DNA from: Candidatus Sumerlaeota bacterium
GTDB taxonomy: Bacteria > Sumerlaeota > Sumerlaeia > Sumerlaeales > Sumerlaeaceae
Direction of reading: 5' to 3'
DNA: 64,000 bases
NCBI GenBank assembly: GCA_017161655.1
Contig: JADFCV010000004.1
Coordinates: 75,378 to 139,377 of the forward strand
Shown here: positions 54,496 through 64,000 of the stretch, piece after piece
How positions within the stretch are numbered: the stretch's first letter is position 1
How the letters are laid out: every line of letters begins with the position of its first letter
Translations under genes and position numbers: made by a program
The notes under the pieces: model-generated
The model's database searches: none
Seen by the model: only the letters and a program-made list of their open reading frames with translations
What the model was told of the DNA's origin: nothing

Positions 54496-56736
54496 TTATT
54501 GTGCTCCGATCACCGCGATGGCTGTGAGGTTAATAATATCTTTCACCTCGTCCCCGCGCTGCAAGATATGCACAGGTTTTCGCATTCCCACCAGAATGGG
54601 TCCAACAAGCTCTGCGTCAGCCAGGCGTGCCACCAGCTTGTATCCAATGTTGCCAGCCTCTAGGTTCGGGAAGATCAGGACATTCGCCTCGCCACCGAGC
54701 ACGTTAAAGGGATAGGTTTCGTTCAAGTGATCCGCGTTGAGCGCGGTGTTCGCCTGCATTTCGCCGTCGACGTGCAAGTCGGGATCCAGTTGACGCGCAA
54801 TTTGCACCGCTTCCTGAACCATCTGAGTCCGAGCATGTCGGACACTTCCGAAATTTGAAAAGCTAAGCATGGCCACGCGCGGCTCCACGCCAAAACTGCG
54901 AGCCAGGTTCGCCGTCAAAACAGCAACACGCGCCATTTGCTCTGCGTCCAGCTCTATATTGACCGTCGTGTCTGCGAAGAACAAAACACGCTGCTTCGTG
55001 ATGATCAGGTAAACACCCGCTGCAGTCTTGTACTTGGGATCTACCCCAATGATCCGCATAGGCGGGCGTAGGCCATCAGGGTAGTGATATTCGATGCCAG
55101 AGATCATCACATCAGCATCGCCCAGCTCCACCATAGCCGATGCATAATAGTTCGGGTGCCGCACGAGCTCAAACGCCTCGCTTAACGTCACACCTTTCCG
55201 GCAGCGCAGTTCATAAATACGCCGCGCATAACGCTCACAGTTTGGAGAGCTGGAGATATCCTCGATTTTCATCCCCTCAACGCTGAGTTTAAGCTTGGCG
55301 GCCTGTTCCTGGATCAAAGTCGGATTGCCTAGAAGGATGGGGATAGCAATCTGTTGCTCAACAAGCTGGCGAGCAGCCTGGAGAATCTTCGGATGGCTCC
55401 CTTCGGCGAAAACGACTCGCTTGGGTGCGGTGCGCGCTTTGTGGAACACAATGCGCATGATCTCGCGCGAACGTCCCAGCCGACTCTCTAGCGATTCTCG
55501 ATACTTCTCCACATCCAGAACGTGCCGTGCCACGCCGGACTCAATAGCAGCCTGAGCGACTGCGGGTGCTACCCACATGAGCACCCTAGGATCGAGTGGC
55601 TTGGGAATGAGATAGTCCGGCCCGAACGAGAGCGATTCCATCCCATAGGCCTTCGCTACAGTTTCGGGAACGCTCTCGCGTGCCAGCGCCGCTAGTGCTT
55701 TTGCTGCGGCCACTTTCATCTGCTCGCTGATCTGGCGCGCGCGCACGTCAAGTGCTCCCCGGAAGATAAAGGGGAAGCCCAGGACGTTGTTGACTTGATT
55801 CGGATAGTCTGATCGCCCGGTGGCTACGATGGCATCCGGCCGCACCGCTTTCGCGACGTCGTATGGAATCTCTGGGTCAGGATTTGCCAGTGCAAAAACA
55901 ATTGGTTTCGGCGCCATACTGAGCAGCATAGCTTCTGTCACGAGTCCTGCCACGGATAGCCCAACGAAAACGTCCGCATCTCGCATAGCATCCGCAAGCG
56001 TGCGTGCCTGCGTCTCAGCAGCAAACTCCTGTTTCCACTTGTTCATCCCCACCTCGCGTCCGGCATAGATCACCCCTTTCGAGTCTACGATGACGATATT
56101 CTCTTTGCGAGCGCCGAGCAGGCAGTAGAAGCGAGCCGTTGCGATGGCAGCTGCTCCTGCTCCGCTGAAGACAATTCTCACGTCCTCGATCCGCTTGCCG
56201 ACCAATTCGAGGGCGTTGAGCAGCGCTGCACCGGAAATAATGGCTGTCCCATGCTGATCGTCGTGAAACACGGGAATCTGCATCGTTGCGCGCAGTGCCT
56301 CTTCGATCTCGAAACACTCCGGCGCTTTGATGTCTTCCAGGTTGATCCCCCCAAAGGTTGGTTCAAGAAGTTGCACCGTACGGATGACTTCGGCTGGATC
56401 CTTCGTCGCCAGCTCGACGTCAACGGCATCAATATCAGCAAAGCGTTTGAATAAGAGGGCTTTCCCCTCCATCACCGGTTTTCCCGCGAGGGGGCCGATG
56501 TCGCCCAAACCTAGCACCGCTGTACCATTGCTCACGACTGCCACCAGGTTGCCGCGCGCCGTGTATTTGAACACATTCTCAGGGTTCGCCTCGATTTCCC
56601 GGCACGGCTCAGCCACTCCTGGCGTATATGCCAATGCGAGGTCACGCTGCGTCAAACATGGCTTCGTCGGGCGGATTTCAATTTTTCCCGCTGGCGGTCT
56701 GCTGTGATAGGATAACGAATCATCGCGTAGTGTCAT
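54496..56736 (-). CDS. maeB: NADP-dependent malic enzyme (malic enzyme fused to phosphotransacetylase-like domain)
   Basis: Malic enzyme N-terminal and NAD(P) domains ([10 protein letters not shown]) followed by a ~330-aa PTA-like C-terminal domain. 746 aa. Confidence 0.9.
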   Translation of the reverse strand: MTLRDDSLSYHSRPPAGKIEIRPTKPCLTQRDLALAYTPGVAEPCREIEANPENVFKYTARGNLVAVVSNGTAVLGLGDIGPLAGKPVMEGKALLFKRFADIDAVDVELATKDPAEVIRTVQLLEPTFGGINLEDIKAPECFEIEEALRATMQIPVFHDDQHGTAIISGAALLNALELVGKRIEDVRIVFSGAGAAAIATARFYCLLGARKENIVIVDSKGVIYAGREVGMNKWKQEFAAETQARTLADAMRDADVFVGLSVAGLVTEAMLLSMAPKPIVFALANPDPEIPYDVAKAVRPDAIVATGRSDYPNQVNNVLGFPFIFRGALDVRARQISEQMKVAAAKALAALARESVPETVAKAYGMESLSFGPDYLIPKPLDPRVLMWVAPAVAQAAIESGVARHVLDVEKYRESLESRLGRSREIMRIVFHKARTAPKRVVFAEGSHPKILQAARQLVEQQIAIPILLGNPTLIQEQAAKLKLSVEGMKIEDISSSPNCERYARRIYELRCRKGVTLSEAFELVRHPNYYASAMVELGDADVMISGIEYHYPDGLRPPMRIIGVDPKYKTAAGVYLIITKQRVLFFADTTVNIELDAEQMARVAVLTANLARSFGVEPRVAMLSFSNFGSVRHARTQMVQEAVQIARQLDPDLHVDGEMQANTALNADHLNETYPFNVLGGEANVLIFPNLEAGNIGYKLVARLADAELVGPILVGMRKPVHILQRGDEVKDIINLTAIAVIGAQ

Positions 56737-56780
56737 GGCTCCGAACCTCCTCGCCGGGCGTAAGGCTTCATTCTCTTCTC

Positions 56781-58778
56781 ATGAACAGAGTGTCCCCCTC
56801 TGCACCCTTCACATGCAAGAGCAGCTTCGACGTGACGCAGGTATCTGTCTATTTTCTTGCCATGCCGGCTTCACCAATCCGCAAATTTGGCAGCGTGAGC
56901 CACCACGAAGTGCTAAAAATCAATCGGACCGATCTGACCGTTATTCTTCTCGATGTTTTTGCTTTATTGTGCTTCGGTGCGGCATTGGTTCTCTTGGGGC
57001 TTAGTGATGCTCCCCTCGGTTTTCAGCCCATGCTTGCGCACACGCTGCTTGCTGCCGCAGTCGTCGGCAGTATTGCAGCTCACAACCTTGTCGGGCGTCT
57101 TTCGCTTTATTGGTCCCATTTTGATTTTCTCGTGGCTGTGTTTTTCGCCTACCTCTTTGCTACTCTTTACTATAGCGAGGCGCGGGGGGCCACCGCTACC
57201 TCTCTGACTTGGATGGTCGACGGTGTGTGGGCTTTCCTGTTAGGCCGCTACCTTCTGTTTCGTCGCCTCGGAAGCTTCACCATCGTGGCGTTTTGTGTGT
57301 GCCTGGGGCTGTGGGCAGTTGCGGAGAGTCTACTTTCCCGCGCTGGACCTTCGAATGAAATGGCACAGTCAGCACTGGCGTCGCTCGAGTCCACGCAAAG
57401 CCTGGCCTTCACCTTCGGATTAGTGATTTTGTTGGCTCAGCCTTTTTTTGTCCTGCGAAAACCTGCGAATCTCGTTTTTGTCTTGTGGGCTGGAGCTCTC
57501 CTTATCGGAGTGACCGTTTGGTGTGTTCACTCCCTGCTCGCTTTAATCGAATCCTATCGTCTCGGCTTACTTGGAAATTGGACTTTCGCGCAAACCGTCC
57601 TCTTTGCGACGGCGCGACGGCTTTTTCTCGCCTACCCCGTGACTGGCGGCGGCGCAGGAACCTGGCCATGGATGGCCCCCGCATTTCGTCCCGTAGGGTA
57701 CGTAGAGCTTCCTGCCATTGTTCCAGCGGCGATTCGCATTCTCTGCGAGTGGGGAGCGGTGGGAACCTTCTTTTTCCTCGCGGCGTGGCTGCGCGTGCCA
57801 TGGTTTGTGGTTCGTCGGTGGGAGTTATTTCCCAATCGCCGTTTGCGTCTCAGCGTCTTCGTTTTTCTCTCACTCATGCTGTTGGCATTCGTGCGGCTTT
57901 TCGTCGCTGATGATTTTGGCCAGCCATGGGGATGGGTCTTCCTCTGGGCACTTTTCGGAACATTTGTGAGTCTTGTCGCAGTGCGGGATCCCATGCGCAT
58001 ATTTTACGAGAAGTGGGCTCTGGCAGAGCAGCAGGCCTTAACTATGCCGCGTGCTGCCGGCGCCAAAAGCTCCGCCCTTATGCGGCGACCACCATCGCGC
58101 TTAGCCATTGTGTTGCGCACAGCGATGGCTGCTGTGACAGCACTTGTCCTCCTCACGCTTCAGGCCATGCCCCACCGCGCAGCTGCCCTTGCGCAGCGCC
58201 AGCAAGGAGAATCGCTTTCTGCAATGTCGTATGGTGAGCGCCTCGAACGGGCGGTTTTCATCTTTCCCTATTATGCCGACGGATGGGCACGACTGGCTCA
58301 GCATTACCAGGAACGAGCCGCAGGAGATTCGCTGGCGCTTCTCGCCCTCGCACCACGCGTGGAAACGGCGTATCGCCGCGCAATTGATGCAAACCCCTAC
58401 GTGCCAACTTTCTATGAACAGCTTGCGCTGTTTTACAACGACACCAATGCCCCCGCCCGTTCTTTGGAAGTCTTGCGTCTGGGAGTGGCCAACAACCCCA
58501 ATCATCTTGTGGTGCGGCTGTTGCTTGTCCGCGAACTGGAACGTGCTCAGTCCTATGCGCTTGCCACGTGGCATTTGCGCCAGGCCCTCTTCAGAATTGC
58601 TCCGCTACAAGCAGAACTGTTTGTACGACTTGCCGAGCTTTACGAGTACCGTGGAATGCGAACAGCGGCCATCCGCTCGTGCCAATATGCGCGCCAGGGT
58701 TTGCCAAGCACGTCCAGCGCCCTCATGAGGTTACGCCGAATCGCGGAGAGACTCGGTATCAGCAAAATCCTGATATGA
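56781..58778 (+). CDS. Polytopic membrane protein (O-antigen ligase/Wzy_C-like) with C-terminal TPR repeats
   Basis: About 10-12 TM segments then TPR-like helical repeats (WARLAQHYQERAAGD...YRRAIDANP...). Start uncertain: the longest ORF begins at 56628 and overlaps maeB. Confidence 0.55.
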   Translation: MNRVSPSAPFTCKSSFDVTQVSVYFLAMPASPIRKFGSVSHHEVLKINRTDLTVILLDVFALLCFGAALVLLGLSDAPLGFQPMLAHTLLAAAVVGSIAAHNLVGRLSLYWSHFDFLVAVFFAYLFATLYYSEARGATATSLTWMVDGVWAFLLGRYLLFRRLGSFTIVAFCVCLGLWAVAESLLSRAGPSNEMAQSALASLESTQSLAFTFGLVILLAQPFFVLRKPANLVFVLWAGALLIGVTVWCVHSLLALIESYRLGLLGNWTFAQTVLFATARRLFLAYPVTGGGAGTWPWMAPAFRPVGYVELPAIVPAAIRILCEWGAVGTFFFLAAWLRVPWFVVRRWELFPNRRLRLSVFVFLSLMLLAFVRLFVADDFGQPWGWVFLWALFGTFVSLVAVRDPMRIFYEKWALAEQQALTMPRAAGAKSSALMRRPPSRLAIVLRTAMAAVTALVLLTLQAMPHRAAALAQRQQGESLSAMSYGERLERAVFIFPYYADGWARLAQHYQERAAGDSLALLALAPRVETAYRRAIDANPYVPTFYEQLALFYNDTNAPARSLEVLRLGVANNPNHLVVRLLLVRELERAQSYALATWHLRQALFRIAPLQAELFVRLAELYEYRGMRTAAIRSCQYARQGLPSTSSALMRLRRIAERLGISKILI

Positions 58779-58832
58779 CGCTGCTCCTTAGCAGCGATCA
58801 TTGCCGATGCGCACGTGGGGGCAGAAACAATT

Positions 58833-59429
58833 TCAGGATTCTTCGAGCAGATACATAGCAGCTTCAGCGCGCAAATTAGGAAGCCACTTCACCATTTTCC
58901 CACAACTCACGAAAGCGCGGTCCAGTGTGCGCCAGCCTTCCGTCTTCACAAATTCCTCCCAGTCGAGCACCGTGAGGTAATGTCGGTTTGGTGTCTCGTA
59001 CCAAGTGTAAGGAAGACAGGGAGTGCTCGGGGCGCGTCCCAGCACACCGAGTTGCCAACGCGCCTGCCAATGACCAAAATTCGGAAAAGTCACAATGAGC
59101 TGGCGACCCACTCGAAATGCCTCGCGCAGGAGGCGCTGCGGATGGCCGAGCTCCTGAATTGTGAGGCTGAAAATGACAATGTCGAAACCGTCGTCCGCGT
59201 AATGTCCCAGTCCCTCTTCAGCGTCCCCATGGTGGACGCTCAGACCGCGCTGTATGGCCTGGCGAACGTTTGCTTCGTTGAGCTCGATGCCTGTTCCACG
59301 AGCGTTTTTTTCTTTAACCAGTCGCTCCAGCAAACGTCCATCACCACACCCCACGTCCAACACTCTCGATCTTGCGGGGGTCTTGGCTACTATCCAATCT
59401 TCGATGAACTTTATGTTAGATTCCCTCAC
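58833..59429 (-). CDS. metW: Methionine biosynthesis protein MetW
   Basis: SAM-MTase-like VLDVGCGDG motif. MetW-like length. 14-bp overlap with metX. Confidence 0.85.
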   Translation of the reverse strand: MRESNIKFIEDWIVAKTPARSRVLDVGCGDGRLLERLVKEKNARGTGIELNEANVRQAIQRGLSVHHGDAEEGLGHYADDGFDIVIFSLTIQELGHPQRLLREAFRVGRQLIVTFPNFGHWQARWQLGVLGRAPSTPCLPYTWYETPNRHYLTVLDWEEFVKTEGWRTLDRAFVSCGKMVKWLPNLRAEAAMYLLEES

Positions 59430-60615
59430 CGCCGTCTCCTTCGAAGACCTGGGCCTTGGCTCGTTCGAGGAACGATGCGATCAGCGGGGCCTGCGCTGCA
59501 TGCTCCAGCAGAAAAGCGTCGTGTCCATAATCGCTATTGATCTCGCAGTAGGTGGCATCGCCTCCCACACGTCGCACGGCTTGTGCAACTTCTTTCAATT
59601 GCTGGGGCGGATACAGCCAGTCGGAGGAAAACGTGATGAACAAAAACAGCGTTTTCGTTCCCAAAAAGACTTCACGCAGCTCGCCCGTGCCCTGAGTCAG
59701 ATCAAAATAATCGAGAGCTTTTGTTAGATAGAGCAGAGAATTCGCATCGAAGCGTTCGACAAAGCTCTGGCCTTGATAGCGCAGGTAGCTCTCCACTTCA
59801 AAATCAATGGAGGTAAAGTCGAAGCCGTAGCGCTCGCGATTGCGTAACCGGCGACCAAATTTCCGCTCCATGCTCGCATCCGAGAGATACGTAATGTGGC
59901 CAATCATGCGAGCTACAGCCAGCCCCATGCGTGGCCCTTCGCCATCGTAGTAATCGCCCTTGTTCCAGGCCGGATCTGCCATGATTGCTTGACGAGCCAC
60001 TTCGTTGAAAGCGATCTGCTGGGCGGAGTGTCGCCAGGTCGTTGCGATAGCGATGACTGATTGCACACGTTCCGGACGCGACGCTGCCCATTGAAGCGCC
60101 TGCATCCCTCCCATGGAGCCACCCGTCACGCACAGCACACGGTGAATTCCCAAATAATCGAGCAACCGCGCCTGCACGTTCACCATATCCCGAATAGTGA
60201 CGACGGGGAAACGCAACCCATACGGTTTGCCGGTCTGCGGATCAATCGAGCTTGGCCCCGTCGTGCCATAGCAGCTGCCGAGCACATTCGAACAGATTAC
60301 GAAATACTTGTTTGTGTCGAATGCCTTTCCAGGGCCAATCATGATATCCCACCAGCCGGGCTTCTTTTGGCCCGGGAGCCAGCCTGCCGCATGTGCCCCG
60401 CCGGAAAGCGCGTGGCAAACAAGAATGACATTGTCGCGCGCTGGCGAGAGTTCGCCGTACGTCTCGTAGGCCACGGTGATCGGACCAAAGCGAACACCGC
60501 TCTCTAATTCGAGTCCTTCTTGAAAGAGTTCAACGTACTTCGTTTCTACCAGCCCCAACCCTTCGTGGGCTTGCGGTGCTGCGCTCTCGCTCTCTCGATC
60601 AACGTTCATTGTCAT
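59416..60615 (-). CDS. metX: Homoserine O-acetyltransferase
   Basis: alpha/beta hydrolase GGSMGG nucleophile motif, [10 protein letters not shown]-terminal signature. Start at the internal ATG (MTMNV) with GAGG ribosome-binding site, 19 nt after the metY stop. Confidence 0.88.
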   Translation of the reverse strand: MTMNVDRESESAAPQAHEGLGLVETKYVELFQEGLELESGVRFGPITVAYETYGELSPARDNVILVCHALSGGAHAAGWLPGQKKPGWWDIMIGPGKAFDTNKYFVICSNVLGSCYGTTGPSSIDPQTGKPYGLRFPVVTIRDMVNVQARLLDYLGIHRVLCVTGGSMGGMQALQWAASRPERVQSVIAIATTWRHSAQQIAFNEVARQAIMADPAWNKGDYYDGEGPRMGLAVARMIGHITYLSDASMERKFGRRLRNRERYGFDFTSIDFEVESYLRYQGQSFVERFDANSLLYLTKALDYFDLTQGTGELREVFLGTKTLFLFITFSSDWLYPPQQLKEVAQAVRRVGGDATYCEINSDYGHDAFLLEHAAQAPLIASFLERAKAQVFEGDGGEGI

Positions 60616-60634
60616 CGTCTTTGCCTCATTTGGG

Positions 60635-61963
<1,329 letters not shown>

Positions 61964-62095
61964 TCAAATCACGTTGTCACATCTACTCATTACTAAACCC
62001 GCGCTGTTCAGAGAAGCCCGTGCTTCCTTGCATTCTACAACCCGTAGCGAACTGAATTGCTATTCTGCGAAGCTGTATCAAAAAACTGCGAATGC

Positions 62096-62171
62096 TGGGG
62101 AGTCGCCAAGTGGCTAAGGCACGGGTCTTTGGAACCCGCATTCGAAGGTTCGAATCCTTCCTCCCCAGCCA
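62096..62171 (+). tRNA. tRNA-Gln (anticodon UUG), CCA-encoded
   Basis: Near-identical by eye to E. coli tRNA-Gln (TGGGG...CGCCAAG..GGCTAAGGCAC...TTCGAATCC). Anticodon loop CTTTGGA. 76 nt. Confidence 0.85.
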
Positions 62172-63920
62172 CTATTGTTTTATGCCTGGCTGCGTTGTCA
62201 CCTCCAGCGGCGAGCTCGTGCTTGCATCGCGTATGTAGACGTCAAAAGCCGCTCCTGTCTCAACTTTCTTCCAAGTTTTCGTCACGTAGAACGCGACCGT
62301 TGAGTTGATGCCACCGAACTCGAAATAGGGGAGTAGCTCGGATTCCATAAGCTCCTTGCGCAGGAAGACGACCGCGCCGCTGTGATCCAGCTGCCGGGCC
62401 ACATCCCGCCACTCGCCGGGAAGCTCGTAGTCCTCAACCCAATCCACGGGAATCGGAGGCAGCGTATTTGTCAGATAATTGGCCAGGGGAACATTCGGTA
62501 ACGTCTTAAAATTCGTGCCGTAGCGTTCGACGAGTTTCTTTAGCTCCGAGTAACACTGCCACGAACGCTCATCGGCCCAGATGTAGGAAGCCTTCTTGAA
62601 GAGTTCACCCATGGGGTGCACGCATCGCCACATCGGTTTTGATTGGTAGGGGAAACAATTCGCAAAAGAGTAAACGGCCAGCCCACCCCAGAGAAGGGTT
62701 TGCGCGATGATTTTCGCCATGCGCTGTGAAAGGTGAGGATAAGTGGCATGGAAAAGAGCGAAGACGAGTGGCCCCGAGCACAGAGCTGGTGTCGGATACC
62801 CGTTCGTCGCGGAGCAGGACCAGGCGAGGGCAAGTCCATAGAGCGGAAAAATCGAAGCTGGGACACGCCGAATCTGCAGCGTTGCAAAGGTCGCCGCTAA
62901 GCCAAGCCAGAACAGGCTCCGGACGCCGTGATAGGGAATATTGAAGCCCATTCCGCCTTCGGCCCACCCCGGATGATTTACGAATTCGTGCCAGATCTCG
63001 GCGAAACTCTTACCAGCATAGTTGCGAAGAATGAGGCCCAGCGAGAGTTTTGCAGCCAGCCGCCGAAAGAGGACCTGCGGAGCCAAATAATTATCAAGTG
63101 TTTCGAAGAGAAGCGCCACGGAGCACGCGAGCGCTACTGCGAAAAGCCCCCTCTTCGCCCACGTGGGCCATTTCGGAGCCGCCACACGCAGGATCCCAAT
63201 AGCAACGATAGGAAGAAAGTAGCCCAGTCGCTCGAAGTACACGAACAACCCACTGTACACGAAAACGTTTCCGCGTGCAGTCGTGTCCGTTGTTTGTTGG
63301 ATCATCGGAGTCAAAACCCCGGTTGCGGCACCCCATGCCAATAATGTGAGAGAAATCCCTGCAAGAGCGATCACAGAACGGAGCAACGCTTTTCGCCCGT
63401 AAAGTGTCGCCACGACGACAAGGGCGAGCGGGGGCATCGCGATAAAAGATTGTTTTGTTAGCTGCCCTGCTACGACGGCGGCCATCCCGGGAATGATCCA
63501 CCGCCAGTCAGAACCTCTCGCCAGACAGTAGAGAGCCAGGGAGAAATAGAAGACTCCATCTGTTGTTGTCCACGCCATTGGCGGAAAATTGTGCATCGAG
63601 TAGATGAACCCGATTGCTGCCATCACGTAGGTGTTCAGCCCAAAGTTTCTCAGTGGTAGCCACCGGTTTATCGCAGCAAACAGGAAAAAGCTTGCCGCCG
63701 CCATCTCGGCATAACTGAGCAAGCGATCGAAGATCATCTCGAACGCTTCCGGCATGAGCAGCAGCGAGAGTGCGTGATCGTAGGCCGACATCACAGGGCG
63801 GACACTGATAAAATCCCGGTGCGGAAGCTGACCGTTGATGATGCGCCACGACTGCGCGAGCACAAAACCATCGTCGCGTTCCCCAAGTCCAAAGCGCCCA
63901 AAAGCAAGCCAGTAATACAC
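62172..63920 (-). CDS. Polytopic membrane protein, possible GT-C-type (ArnT/PMT-like) glycosyltransferase
   Basis: About 12 TM helices over the first 400 aa, soluble C-terminal ~150 aa. Stop codon directly abuts the tRNA-Gln 3' end. Assignment is weak. Confidence 0.5.
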   Translation of the reverse strand: MYYWLAFGRFGLGERDDGFVLAQSWRIINGQLPHRDFISVRPVMSAYDHALSLLLMPEAFEMIFDRLLSYAEMAAASFFLFAAINRWLPLRNFGLNTYVMAAIGFIYSMHNFPPMAWTTTDGVFYFSLALYCLARGSDWRWIIPGMAAVVAGQLTKQSFIAMPPLALVVVATLYGRKALLRSVIALAGISLTLLAWGAATGVLTPMIQQTTDTTARGNVFVYSGLFVYFERLGYFLPIVAIGILRVAAPKWPTWAKRGLFAVALACSVALLFETLDNYLAPQVLFRRLAAKLSLGLILRNYAGKSFAEIWHEFVNHPGWAEGGMGFNIPYHGVRSLFWLGLAATFATLQIRRVPASIFPLYGLALAWSCSATNGYPTPALCSGPLVFALFHATYPHLSQRMAKIIAQTLLWGGLAVYSFANCFPYQSKPMWRCVHPMGELFKKASYIWADERSWQCYSELKKLVERYGTNFKTLPNVPLANYLTNTLPPIPVDWVEDYELPGEWRDVARQLDHSGAVVFLRKELMESELLPYFEFGGINSTVAFYVTKTWKKVETGAAFDVYIRDASTSSPLEVTTQPGIKQ

Positions 63921-64000
63921 CGGCAGAACAATAAGAAGTGCCTTCCAGAACCAATGTGTTCGGTCAGTGTCCTGCGATGCCGTTTGGGCAGTTTCCAGCG

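Noticed and set aside
63508-63954. 148-aa minus-strand ORF overlapping the 5' part of the membrane protein gene in another frame
   Set aside because: Alternative-frame overlap with a better-supported long membrane-protein ORF. The Cys/Trp-rich low-complexity translation looks non-coding.

Overview
The window is a high-GC (~60%) bacterial chromosomal segment with tightly packed genes on both strands. No mobile elements, CRISPR arrays or integrases were seen. It has diderm hallmarks (lpxD, an O-antigen-ligase-like protein, a YfhO-like protein). Housekeeping content includes: a 5'-truncated ATP sulfurylase, spmA/spmB, purA, lpxD, ispG, rdgB, grpE, pyrR, maeB, metY-metX-metW, and tRNA-Thr and tRNA-Gln. 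Two anaerobic redox gene clusters stand out. (1) An 8-gene minus-strand operon: Rrf2 regulator, heterodisulfide reductase HdrCBA, group-3c [NiFe]-hydrogenase MvhDGA and its maturation protease. This is an electron-bifurcating Hdr/Mvh complex in a bacterium. (2) A plus-strand cluster: standalone B12-binding protein, Rex, a trimeric NuoE/NuoF/HydA-type [FeFe]-hydrogenase (HydCBA), and a HydS-like sensory [FeFe]-hydrogenase with degenerate H-cluster motifs and a PAS domain. HydS is translationally coupled to a PP2C phosphatase carrying an uncharacterised C-terminal domain. Other notable items: a metal ABC uptake operon whose two permeases each carry a C-terminal DtxR-like winged helix, led by a zinc-ligand-less MDR dehydrogenase; a radical SAM/SPASM enzyme next to ispG; a secreted PD40 beta-propeller coupled to a large M23/SH3b peptidase; a multi-domain PAS/GAF HD-GYP protein; and a secreted nuclease. 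All calls rest on motif and architecture recognition by eye. No database search was run.
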